DNA of 60,084 bases, from the NCBI GenBank assembly GCA_964344105.1, contig CAYFMD010000004.1, positions 1 to 60,084 on the forward strand, given 5' to 3'. The DNA is from Candidatus Woesearchaeota archaeon. GTDB lineage: Archaea > Nanobdellota > Nanobdellia > Pacearchaeales > GW2011-AR1. The notes under the pieces were generated by a model that saw only the letters and a list, made by a program, of their open reading frames with translations, did not search any database and was not told the DNA's origin. Positions 1 through 8,568 of this stretch are shown here, piece by piece. Every line of letters starts with the position of its first letter. Positions within the stretch are counted from its first letter, which is position 1. The translations under genes and the position numbers were made by a program.

Positions 1-95
1 TTCTTTAGTTTTCATCCCCAGGGCAAGCCACTGGGGTATTCAGAAGAATAAAAAATCACAGAAATCCTTTTATACAATTATAAGGTTCGTAGAGA

Positions 96-1499
96 ATGGC
101 AAAAAAGAAACTAGTTGTTATAGGTATTGATGGAGGGACATTTAATGTGATAAATCCTTTTTTTGAGCAAGGATTATTGTCAAATCTCAATAAATTTAGT
201 AAGAGAGGGGTTTTGGAATCTACGATGCCTCCTGGAACTGGTGTTGCATGGTCAAGTTTTTCTACAGGCAATAAAACAGAGAAAACAAATATTTATGATT
301 TTACAATAGTTGAAGATGATTCTTGGAAGATCAAATTTGTTAATAGAAGGATATTGCAGGGAAAAACATTATGGGAGCATTTGGATGAAGCGGGATTGAA
401 AGGGACTTTCATCAATATCCCATTGAGTTATCCTCCAGACAAAACTAATGGAGTGATTATTAGCGGCATTGATACTCCGAGTAGGTTAAGTAATTATACG
501 CATCCTCCAGAACTTAAGGAAAAATTAAAGGAATTTGATTATGATATTGAAGTTTCCGGAATGAAGGGGCTAGAAGATATTCCTAATGAAGCAGTAAGAA
601 TTTTAGATGCTAGATTGAAAACTGCTAGGCATTTGATTAAAGAAGAGTTTGATTTTTTTGTTGTTCTTTTTAGGGCTAGTGATGTGGTTCAGCATTTTGC
701 TTGGGGAACAGATTATGTTAAAGATGTTTATATGAAGATAGATGAGTTTATTGGAGAGGTCCAGGAAAGAGATGATTGTGAATTAATAGTTATGTCTGAT
801 CACGGACATGAGAAAGTTGATAAGGCATTTAATGTTAATACATGGTTAGAACAGGAAGGTTATCTTAGTACTAAGGTTCAGAAAAAAAGTGTTGCTTCTA
901 GTTTGATAAATAGGGAAAGGATATTCAAGATTTTGGATAGTTTGAATTTGAATTTTGTTATAAGAATGGTTCCAAGATCATTAGGTAAGAAAATTCCTAC
1001 GAAAACTGTTGATTTTGAAGAAGCCATAATTACTGGACTTGTTGAGATGGATAAGACTAAAGCTATAGCTAAGAGGGCCGTTAAGTCTTCGCAGATATTT
1101 TTGAATAAAGAATCTAGGGGAGGGATTGTTAAGAAAGAAGATGAGGATAGGTTGAAGAGTGAAATAAAAAGTAAGTTGCTTTCCTATTTTAGAGGCAAAG
1201 GGTTGAATGTCGAGATTTATACTAAAGAAGAGCTCTATGGAAATAATACCAAGTATGCTCCAGATATAACTCTGTATTTTAGAGAGGAAGGCTATGATAC
1301 ATTGTCTATTTTATCACCTGAGAAACGGTTGTGGGATAAGACGAAGGAACAGGCTACTCACAAGAAAGAAGGGATTATTTTTACAGATATGAATCTTGAT
1401 ATTGAAGGTAGCAATATTATTGATTTATGTCCAACTGTCTTGGATTATTTTGGTATTGAGAAAAAGGATGTTGATGGTAAGAGTTTAATTAAGAGCTGA
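96..1499 (+). CDS. Alkaline-phosphatase-superfamily phosphodiesterase/nucleotide pyrophosphatase-like protein (soluble, COG3379-like)
   Basis: 467 aa; VVIGIDGG metal-ligand motif at N-terminus, PPGTGVAW nucleophile region, MSDHGH metal-ligand motif; paralogous to aa 1-457 of ORF 5046-7484. Confidence 0.7.
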   Translation: MAKKKLVVIGIDGGTFNVINPFFEQGLLSNLNKFSKRGVLESTMPPGTGVAWSSFSTGNKTEKTNIYDFTIVEDDSWKIKFVNRRILQGKTLWEHLDEAGLKGTFINIPLSYPPDKTNGVIISGIDTPSRLSNYTHPPELKEKLKEFDYDIEVSGMKGLEDIPNEAVRILDARLKTARHLIKEEFDFFVVLFRASDVVQHFAWGTDYVKDVYMKIDEFIGEVQERDDCELIVMSDHGHEKVDKAFNVNTWLEQEGYLSTKVQKKSVASSLINRERIFKILDSLNLNFVIRMVPRSLGKKIPTKTVDFEEAIITGLVEMDKTKAIAKRAVKSSQIFLNKESRGGIVKKEDEDRLKSEIKSKLLSYFRGKGLNVEIYTKEELYGNNTKYAPDITLYFREEGYDTLSILSPEKRLWDKTKEQATHKKEGIIFTDMNLDIEGSNIIDLCPTVLDYFGIEKKDVDGKSLIKS

Positions 1500-2363
1500 T
1501 TTTAGTTTTTGAAATTCTTCTTCTGATAGCCCTGCATCACCTATTTCTGATCCCCTTTCAAAATCATGGAAGTCACTTCCTCCAGACATTAATAAGTTTT
1601 CTTTGCTTGCAGTTTCTCTTAGATGATTATTAATCTCATCTGATTTTTCTTCTGAGATCTTCAATATTTTGGAGTAAGGGTAGTCTACTTCTATACCATC
1701 CCCATTTAGTGAAATAAGCTTCTTGATTATATCAGGATACTCATTAAGATACCTGCCAGGATGTGCTAGAATTGAAATTCCTCCTGCAGAATTTATTACA
1801 TTTATTGCTTTTTCCATTGTTATTTTATCCCGGGGATGGAAGGCTGGTTTTCCTTCTCCAATTAGTTCATTAAAAACCTGGTCAACTGTAGAAAATTTTT
1901 CAGGATATTTTTCAATCAATATTCTGGCTATATGGGGCCTTCCTAGAGAATCATCTGCTTTTTTTAATAATTCTTCAAGGGTAATCTCATATCCAAGATT
2001 ATTTAGTTTTTTAATTATAATTTTCTTTTCTTCAACCCTGTCCTTTTTTATTTTATCTAGAAAATTAATTAGTTCTTGGTTATTATGGTCGATGAATAAC
2101 CCTAAAATATCTATTGTGGGTTTGAATTCAGATTCCTTGCAGCTTATTTCAATTCCAGGTATAAACTCTATCTGCTTGTCTTTAGAATAATCTATAGCCT
2201 CTTGTATCCCCGATACAGTATCATGATCAGTTATAGCTATCGCCTTCATTTCATTTTTTATTGCTATATCAATGACTTCAGTAGGAGAGAAATTACCATC
2301 TGATGCTGTTGAGTGTATTTGCAGGTCTATCTTTTCCATTTTATTTGCTTTTATACATAGCAT
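1485..2363 (-). CDS. PHP-domain metal-dependent phosphoesterase
   Basis: IDLQIHSTASDG...AIAITDHDT N-terminal PHP motifs, later ILAHPGRY and GGSDFHD motifs; true start probably the internal MEKIDL. Confidence 0.8.
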   Translation of the reverse strand: MLCIKANKMEKIDLQIHSTASDGNFSPTEVIDIAIKNEMKAIAITDHDTVSGIQEAIDYSKDKQIEFIPGIEISCKESEFKPTIDILGLFIDHNNQELINFLDKIKKDRVEEKKIIIKKLNNLGYEITLEELLKKADDSLGRPHIARILIEKYPEKFSTVDQVFNELIGEGKPAFHPRDKITMEKAINVINSAGGISILAHPGRYLNEYPDIIKKLISLNGDGIEVDYPYSKILKISEEKSDEINNHLRETASKENLLMSGGSDFHDFERGSEIGDAGLSEEEFQKLKSALN

Positions 2364-2604
2364 ATATTGCTATATAAAATAAGGTTATCATTATAGCCAA
2401 AGTGTATTTGAATATAAGTGGCTCTTGATATATTAGTAATGCATATATCAATGCTATAACATTTGCTACAAGACATATTATGAATAAGAATAGGCTAACG
2501 CCATCGGTACTTCTAGTCTTTATTGTTTTAAGAATTTGTGGGACTAGCATTAGTGAAAATAAAATTGTTGCAGTCCATCCTAAAATTTGTGATAAGTTTT
2601 CCAT
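2341..2604 (-). CDS. PQ-loop / SemiSWEET-like small membrane transporter
   Basis: 87 aa, three predicted TM helices, PQ motif in LMLVPQILKTIKTRSTDGVS. Confidence 0.6.
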   Translation of the reverse strand: MENLSQILGWTATILFSLMLVPQILKTIKTRSTDGVSLFLFIICLVANVIALIYALLIYQEPLIFKYTLAIMITLFYIAIYAMYKSK

Positions 2605-2605
2605 G

Positions 2606-5044
2606 TTATTGTTGTAAACTATTAAGGAATTTAATTACATTCCTCAAGTCAGAATCTCCTCCCTTTTCATCAATTAATAAGATTTTATTTGACTCGATTT
2701 CTTCTTTTGCGTTATTTATTAGGAATGATTTTAAGGCTCCATTGTAGTTAAATGCGATTCCAATTCCACCGTTTTTTGAAGTTTGTAAAATTCCCTGGCT
2801 ATCTCCGAATGTGTCTCCCATGTGGATAATATTTTGAGGATCTGCTACATTGAGATTATCTTTTGCATACTGAATTATTTTTTTAGATTTTGATTCTTCA
2901 CTTTCTACCCCTAAAATAATATTTCCTGTTGCTTTGATTTGGTCATATATTGGATCTGCATTTCTTCCCTTAAAGTAATCTATTACATAATCTTCTAGTT
3001 CTTTTTCTGATAAGGGTATACCATTTAGCTGGAATTCCAATATATTGCCTATTTGACCATGAATCTTATCTCTTCCAATCCTCTCCCTAATTGCATAGAT
3101 AGTTACGGAGTATCCTGTTGAATTTATTACCAAAGGGAAATTATTCTCTGATAGATAATTTGTGAATTCATTAAAACCGGTTACATAATCCATGTGCTTT
3201 AAAGTGTATTCTATTGCCTGTCTTAATGTTAGGCCATTAGTTAGTCTCCCTGCAAGATTGAATGCTTCTTCTATGCTAGCTTGACCATCAGTTTGTTTGT
3301 TGAATAATTCTTTGGCTTCAAGATATTCTTTTTCTCCGATGTAGATGCGGATCATATCGCTCATAGTATGTTGTTTTACTAGAGTGCCGTTTAAATCTGA
3401 GGAGAAAATTTTTGTTTCAAGATGTTTCTTGATTTTTCTTAGCAATTCATTAAATCTTTCCACCCTTAAAGATTCTTTTTTAACAGGGTGCATTTTTACA
3501 AATTTTCCATTTTCATCTTGATGGATTTCCTTTCTTTCGTAAGAACTATCTGTTGTAAAGGGTTGCCCTATTTTGTTTCTATAAGGGAATATTTTTATGT
3601 GAATGTGTTCATCTGGATGCTTGCATTTACCATAGGTTGCTATTGGTATTCTTTCACTGGATCCAGACTCTTGTTCAATTATTTTTCCTATTGCATAACT
3701 AATTTTGGCAAAGATTATTCCATAATTTTTAGCCAATTCTTGATTTTTGTTTATTTCTGAAAAGTATCTTAGATGAGAAGTAGGAATTATCTGGATGGAG
3801 AAATCTTCATTAATATCCCCTCCAGTTCTTGGAGAAAGTGTTGCAAACCATCCATTCTCTCCATCTCCAACCCTGCAGATAATTTGTGATCCATACTCAT
3901 TAGAATTGTTTTCCGATTGTGACTCCTTGCAGAATTGACATTCATCTCCTTCAAATTTGTTTTTTTCTGGAAGTATTATTTTGAGATATTCTTTTTCTCT
4001 TCTTTCATTTAGGTAGCTATCAAAATATCCAACTACTACCCGATAATATTCTTCACCATTTTTGTTATTTACTCTCTCTAGGATACCTTGTGCCTCTAAT
4101 GTTTCTCCAGAATATCCCAAATGGGCATAATCTCTTGAATAGAAAACTATTCTTTTTATTGGTACTTCTGAATAACCTTCCAGTATCTTAGAATTCTCTA
4201 TTTTATAAAAACCAGGCCGGACTATTGAGTTATAATGGTCTTTTATTTTTCCTTGGATTTTTATAGTGCCCAATTCCTCGTATTTTTCTTCCCCCCATTT
4301 AAACCACCTTTCATCTTCGTTTTCAACGCAAAATATTACGAATAAAGAATCTCCGAAATAACCCTCTGATTTCTTTCTAGACATTGAATGAAGGAATTCC
4401 TCTTTTGAGAAAAATTTAGACCTATTTCTTCTGTTGAAAAAATCTATCCATTGATCCTCTGTTTTCCATTTCAGTAGTGGATGGTTAACTGATTCTAAGA
4501 ATTCCATCAGCTTCCAGTACTTTGTCTTACCATGTATCACTATATTTATATCAGAAATTTTTGATGAGTAATGTCCTACAAGGCTAGAATATGTTATTCC
4601 CAAATCTTCTAATCTTAATCCACTTTGAAGGATAAGGTTTGTGAAATCATGAACTAGTTTTAAATGTGGATCGAGACTTTCTCTGCTTATGCTCATTAAT
4701 TCAGAGATTCCTCTTTTTGGAGAGTAGATTCTTTCTATCTGGTCTATAGGTAGTCCAAAAAATAGCCTATTGCCTTGATGAATATCACTTCTTAATATAT
4801 AGTGAGGGTAATTTTTTTTAAATTCCTCTAAATACCTTTTTAATTCCTCCTTATCAGACCAGAGATTCAACCGGTTCATCTTTCTGCCGGCTATAAATCT
4901 TGATTGCAATATAGAAGAACTGATCTTTTCTGTAGGGATGTATTTTGGCTTAACCAATATTGCGTTTAAAGGATGTTCATTCCCGTAAACTTGAAAATGC
5001 AATCCATCCTTACTTGTGACAATGGCTGATTCATAGAAATGCAT
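2606..5044 (-). CDS. Multidomain protein: Pol-beta-type nucleotidyltransferase + OB-fold module (aa 1-358), HIT-like domain (aa 366-530), HAD-like hydrolase domain (aa 545-812)
   Basis: NTase signature GHYSSKISDINIVIHG (DxN); OB-like IKIQGKIKDHYNSIVRPGFYKIENS; HIT-like CQFCKE + EHIHIKIFP; HAD motif I SSDLNGTL and motif IV MGDTFGDSQG. Confidence 0.6.
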   Translation of the reverse strand: MHFYESAIVTSKDGLHFQVYGNEHPLNAILVKPKYIPTEKISSSILQSRFIAGRKMNRLNLWSDKEELKRYLEEFKKNYPHYILRSDIHQGNRLFFGLPIDQIERIYSPKRGISELMSISRESLDPHLKLVHDFTNLILQSGLRLEDLGITYSSLVGHYSSKISDINIVIHGKTKYWKLMEFLESVNHPLLKWKTEDQWIDFFNRRNRSKFFSKEEFLHSMSRKKSEGYFGDSLFVIFCVENEDERWFKWGEEKYEELGTIKIQGKIKDHYNSIVRPGFYKIENSKILEGYSEVPIKRIVFYSRDYAHLGYSGETLEAQGILERVNNKNGEEYYRVVVGYFDSYLNERREKEYLKIILPEKNKFEGDECQFCKESQSENNSNEYGSQIICRVGDGENGWFATLSPRTGGDINEDFSIQIIPTSHLRYFSEINKNQELAKNYGIIFAKISYAIGKIIEQESGSSERIPIATYGKCKHPDEHIHIKIFPYRNKIGQPFTTDSSYERKEIHQDENGKFVKMHPVKKESLRVERFNELLRKIKKHLETKIFSSDLNGTLVKQHTMSDMIRIYIGEKEYLEAKELFNKQTDGQASIEEAFNLAGRLTNGLTLRQAIEYTLKHMDYVTGFNEFTNYLSENNFPLVINSTGYSVTIYAIRERIGRDKIHGQIGNILEFQLNGIPLSEKELEDYVIDYFKGRNADPIYDQIKATGNIILGVESEESKSKKIIQYAKDNLNVADPQNIIHMGDTFGDSQGILQTSKNGGIGIAFNYNGALKSFLINNAKEEIESNKILLIDEKGGDSDLRNVIKFLNSLQQ

Positions 5045-5045
5045 A

Positions 5046-7484
5046 CTAAACTAGAGCCTTTAGATACTCTTTTTCTCCCCTATCATTAGTATAAGTATCA
5101 AAATACCCAAGGACTAATTGGTAGAAATCTCCTTCCTTGCTAGTTACCTTTTCTAATAATCCACAAGCTTCTATGTTTTCTCCTTTTTTGGCTTGGAGTA
5201 CGAACGGTCTTGACCAAGTCACAATTCTTTTTATTGGTACTTCCTCATGGCCTTCAATAATTTTAGAATTCTCTATCTCATAGAATCCAGGCCTTACAAT
5301 TGAATTGTAATGGTCTTGGATTGTTCCACGGATCTTTACAGTCCCTAATGGTTCGTGATTTGCTTCCCAATCATACCAGAATTCTTCTGGTTTTTCTACA
5401 ACAAATACTGAAAATACATGTCCATTGAAAAATCCATCATCTTTTTTTCTTACCATATTTAAAACGTATTCTTGTTCGTTATATAGTGTTGATACAACTC
5501 TTTCTCGGTAGTATTTAGCCCAATCTTCTGCAGACTTCCATTTTAGAGAAGGGTGTTTTACAGTCTCAAGGAAATTTATTACCTCCCATCCCTTTTCTTT
5601 CCCATAAACTATTATGTCAATATCTGATTTTCCTGGAGTGTAGTTTCCTAACAGAGTAGAATGGCTTATACCTATATCATTTAGGCTAACCCCTGTTTGT
5701 AAGATCATGTTTATGAAATCTTTTACCGATTTTAGGTAATCATCAAGATCTCCTGTTGGAATGCTCATTAATTGTTTTAGCCCGTCTCTGCAATCATATG
5801 ATTTTTTGATTTTTTCTTCAGGAAGTCCTAAGAACCAGTTTTTATGCTTATCACAATGATATATACATTCGGGATATTTACTCTTTAAAATTTTTAAATT
5901 TTCTTCAACAATTTCTTTTTTCTTGAAAAGATTAAATCTGTTCACAGATTTTGAAAACATGTATCTTTTCTTCATCCCTACAAATTCTAGTAAGTCTGTT
6001 GGAATGTACTTTGGTTTTCCTATAACAAATCCTTCTGGATGGCTTGATGCATAAACCTTAAATTGCATTCCGGTATGTGAATCCATTAAGCCTGCTTCAT
6101 GAAAATCCTTTTTCTGTACTAAAGATTTTGGTTTAATGTCTTTTGGTATCTCTACATCTAAAATGTCTAATATTGTTGGACAAATTTGTGCTATATCAAT
6201 TTCTCCAAGATTTCCTTTTTCTATGTCTTTGTCTTTGATTATAAATGATCCTTGTCTTGAGTGGCCGGCAGAATCTGCTCCTACTGCTGTTTCCCATGAA
6301 TAAAGGCCTTCTTGACCTAAATCAGGGTTGCTTGCCCACCTTAGATCGTCAAAGTATACAGTCAGATCTGGGCACTCGGGATTTGAAGTGTCTTCATAGA
6401 TATCTTCCTTATTGTAGACTTTTGTGTCTAAAGGATTTCCATTGTCATCCTTTATTTGCACAAGCTTTTCTGAGATTTCTGCTCTTATTTTTTGATAATC
6501 TTTTACCTTATCCTTGTTGATATAAACTCTTGCATTATAGGCTCCACCCCCCCATGCAATACTTTTTTCCATGTCTACAAATTCATTTTTGAATCTTGTT
6601 TTTTCTGAAAGATCTATCCCTTCTTTTAGGACCAAATATCCTTCTTTTATTAACCAGTTATTTATGTTTATTTTCCCCTCTTGTTTAACCATTCCGTGAT
6701 CAGAAGTAACAATAACTGATGTGTTTTCATCTAGGAGCCCTAGTAATTCCCCTAATTTCTTATCTAGATAGATGTAATAATCCTTCAATGCATTTTGATA
6801 TTCTGAATTTGGAACAAATTTCCTGTGAGTTTTATCGAAGTGGTGCCAAATCATATGTTGTAGCCTGTCTGATCCAATCATGACACTCATGAAAAAATCC
6901 CATTCTTCATTTACTAGTTGATCTTTTAGCAATTCTATTTGCATATCGGTCATTTTGTATACTTTTTCTATTAATTCGCTTATTGGAAGTCCCTTGTGCC
7001 CTCCAAGTCCAACTGCTACATCAAAGAATAAGTCTGGCTGCTCCATTGATTTTATTTTTTCTTTTAGGGATTCTGGATAGCAGCATGCGCCATTTAAGTT
7101 TGGAGTTAGAAATCCGCTCACCATTCTCCCATTTATTGGCTTAACTGGGTAACTTAAGGGCACGTAGAGTGCTATAGATTTCTTTTTTTCACCCAAAATA
7201 TCCCAAATTAACTTTTGCTTTATTTTTTTGGAATGCATTATCTGTGACTTTCCATTTTCATCCTTGTAAGTATAGCTAAATATACCAAGTTCACTTGGAT
7301 CCTTTCCAGAGAGCATAGAGTTCCATGCCATAATTGTCGAGGGAGGGATAGTGGAGTTTAGGCGTGCGTAACTTCCTTCTGAAGCTAGCTTGCTAAGATT
7401 AGGCAAGTCTTCCTTCCATTTATCAAAGATAAGCTCTGGTGGAGCGCCGTCGATACCAAATACAAATACCTTCTTTTGTGTCAT
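5046..7484 (-). CDS. Fusion of AlkP-superfamily phosphodiesterase domain (aa 1-457) and Pol-beta NTase + OB-fold module (aa 463-812)
   Basis: FVFGIDGAPP, PPSTIMAW, TSDHGM, DSAGHS AlkP ligand motifs; C-terminal half aligns with N-terminal half of ORF 2606-5044 (GNYTPGKSDIDIIVYG; VKIRGTIQDHYNSIVRPGFYEIENS). Confidence 0.6.
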   Translation of the reverse strand: MTQKKVFVFGIDGAPPELIFDKWKEDLPNLSKLASEGSYARLNSTIPPSTIMAWNSMLSGKDPSELGIFSYTYKDENGKSQIMHSKKIKQKLIWDILGEKKKSIALYVPLSYPVKPINGRMVSGFLTPNLNGACCYPESLKEKIKSMEQPDLFFDVAVGLGGHKGLPISELIEKVYKMTDMQIELLKDQLVNEEWDFFMSVMIGSDRLQHMIWHHFDKTHRKFVPNSEYQNALKDYYIYLDKKLGELLGLLDENTSVIVTSDHGMVKQEGKININNWLIKEGYLVLKEGIDLSEKTRFKNEFVDMEKSIAWGGGAYNARVYINKDKVKDYQKIRAEISEKLVQIKDDNGNPLDTKVYNKEDIYEDTSNPECPDLTVYFDDLRWASNPDLGQEGLYSWETAVGADSAGHSRQGSFIIKDKDIEKGNLGEIDIAQICPTILDILDVEIPKDIKPKSLVQKKDFHEAGLMDSHTGMQFKVYASSHPEGFVIGKPKYIPTDLLEFVGMKKRYMFSKSVNRFNLFKKKEIVEENLKILKSKYPECIYHCDKHKNWFLGLPEEKIKKSYDCRDGLKQLMSIPTGDLDDYLKSVKDFINMILQTGVSLNDIGISHSTLLGNYTPGKSDIDIIVYGKEKGWEVINFLETVKHPSLKWKSAEDWAKYYRERVVSTLYNEQEYVLNMVRKKDDGFFNGHVFSVFVVEKPEEFWYDWEANHEPLGTVKIRGTIQDHYNSIVRPGFYEIENSKIIEGHEEVPIKRIVTWSRPFVLQAKKGENIEACGLLEKVTSKEGDFYQLVLGYFDTYTNDRGEKEYLKALV

Positions 7485-7528
7485 TATGTATAATTATATA
7501 TAATGACTATTTAAGGATTGTTGTAGTT

Positions 7529-8143
7529 TTATATAAGAAATTCCTCCAACTTCTTTCCTTCTGCAATCTCTGCTGCTACTTCCGTTAATCTTGCGGCATA
7601 TCTTTCATAATCGTCTTGTGGATGGGTCCCCTTGACAATTGGACTGATTCTAATATACTGCCGTCCATCAGAATCAGTTTCAGGTTTTTCAGATAATCTA
7701 GAAAGTGTAGTGTCTGTTGGAAGTGGCTGATTTAAAGTCCCCCAAGGGGCAACTACTTTTTGATGTATGTGTCCAGGAATGGTATTTCTCCCAGAGATCA
7801 CCTTTCCACAGGTCATTGAGGCTAAAGGATCGGTAATCCCTCTTTCATATTGAAGCACTGCGAGAGATTGATAGGAGATGGCTTGAACCATTCCAAAATT
7901 GGAATACGCGCCATTTGGTAAATTAATTCCAGAAAAACTCCCGATATGTCCTACTGGAAATAACATGAATGTAGCACCTCCTGCAGTACTTCCGTCTAAG
8001 TCCTGATAGGTGTTCTTTTGAAAAGTTACCTGCCAATCTGAATCTGGGTCATTGCCAGTCCTATAGATTACAGCCCCTCTTTCTCCAATAGTCCCAACTT
8101 CCCATTTGGCTTCAATACAGAGTTTACAATCCTCATCTGACAT
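7529..8143 (-). CDS. Stand-alone atypical HIT-like protein
   Basis: 204 aa; N-terminal CKLCIEA (HINT-like CxxC) and GHIHQKVVAP triad-like motif; resembles the middle domain of ORF 2606-5044; looks more GC-rich by eye than its neighbours. Confidence 0.45.
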   Translation of the reverse strand: MSDEDCKLCIEAKWEVGTIGERGAVIYRTGNDPDSDWQVTFQKNTYQDLDGSTAGGATFMLFPVGHIGSFSGINLPNGAYSNFGMVQAISYQSLAVLQYERGITDPLASMTCGKVISGRNTIPGHIHQKVVAPWGTLNQPLPTDTTLSRLSEKPETDSDGRQYIRISPIVKGTHPQDDYERYAARLTEVAAEIAEGKKLEEFLI

Positions 8144-8183
8144 CCACTATTATCATGGAAATTGGTTATAAAGATTGTTAGAA

Positions 8184-8411
8184 TTAAATATAACCAATAG
8201 TTTTCATCCTTTTTCGAATTTCTTCCTCTTCTTTTTTAGTGATCATTCCATCTTTTGATTCACCCGAAAGTACCTGCCTTAGGACGAAGTTTACGTAAGA
8301 AGATACACTTGGCATTCCAGTTCCTTTAATCTTCTCTTTTATTTTATCGATTAAAGGCATTGGTAGAGAAATAGTTCCATATTTTACCTTATTGTCATTT
8401 TCCCTTTTCAT
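8184..8411 (-). CDS. Ribbon-helix-helix (CopG-like) DNA-binding protein
   Basis: 75 aa; TISLPMPLIDKIKE beta-strand/helix pattern followed by SVSSYVNFVLRQVL; acidic tail ending RKRMKTIGYI. Confidence 0.5.
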   Translation of the reverse strand: MKRENDNKVKYGTISLPMPLIDKIKEKIKGTGMPSVSSYVNFVLRQVLSGESKDGMITKKEEEEIRKRMKTIGYI

Positions 8412-8445
8412 AGTTATGTATAATTAAGGAGTATTATAAAGATTT

Positions 8446-8535
8446 CTAGAGATAACCAAGATTCTTCAATCTTTCTTTTATCTGAGCTTCTTCATCCTCA
8501 GAGTAAACTTCATCGTCTTTTTGTTCTTCTTCCAT
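8446..8535 (-). CDS. Possible 29-aa acidic micro-protein (MEEEQKDDEVYSEDEEAQIKERLKNLGYL)
   Basis: ATG-to-TAG ORF read by hand (below the ORF-track cutoff); its C-terminal tail resembles that of the neighbouring RHH protein. Confidence 0.25.
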   Translation of the reverse strand: MEEEQKDDEVYSEDEEAQIKERLKNLGYL

Positions 8536-8568
8536 TCTTTGTTTTTATGTTTGATATTATATAAGTAT

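Noticed and set aside
56-271. 71-aa ORF on the minus strand at the window start
   Set aside because: It overlaps the motif-bearing N-terminus (GIDGG) of the AlkP-like gene on the plus strand. A separate minus-strand gene does seem to begin at about nt 15 and leave the window, but only about 5 codons are visible, so it is not called.
1723-2190. Antisense or embedded ORFs in the six-frame track (e.g. 1723-2190, 3488-3760, 6245-6520, 9921-10736, 13747-14277, 31734-32556, 33101-33689, 43061-43393, 43685-43987, 44803-45222, 46838-47143, 59371-59653)
   Set aside because: Each lies entirely inside, and opposite or out of frame to, a longer ORF with clear family motifs. Their translations are low-complexity or hydrophobic, as expected from reading AT-rich coding DNA in the wrong frame.
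2606-7484. Both large proteins being exactly 812 aa
   Set aside because: Their domain orders differ and only about 350 aa are homologous, so the identical length appears coincidental.
7484-8426. Shared 13-mer ttatgtataatta directly upstream of the start codons of ORF 5046-7484 (7484-7496) and of the RHH gene (8414-8426)
   Set aside because: It is pure A/T-rich, TATA-like sequence in an AT-rich genome. Two copies of this length could arise by chance or simply reflect promoter composition, so it is not reported as an operator.
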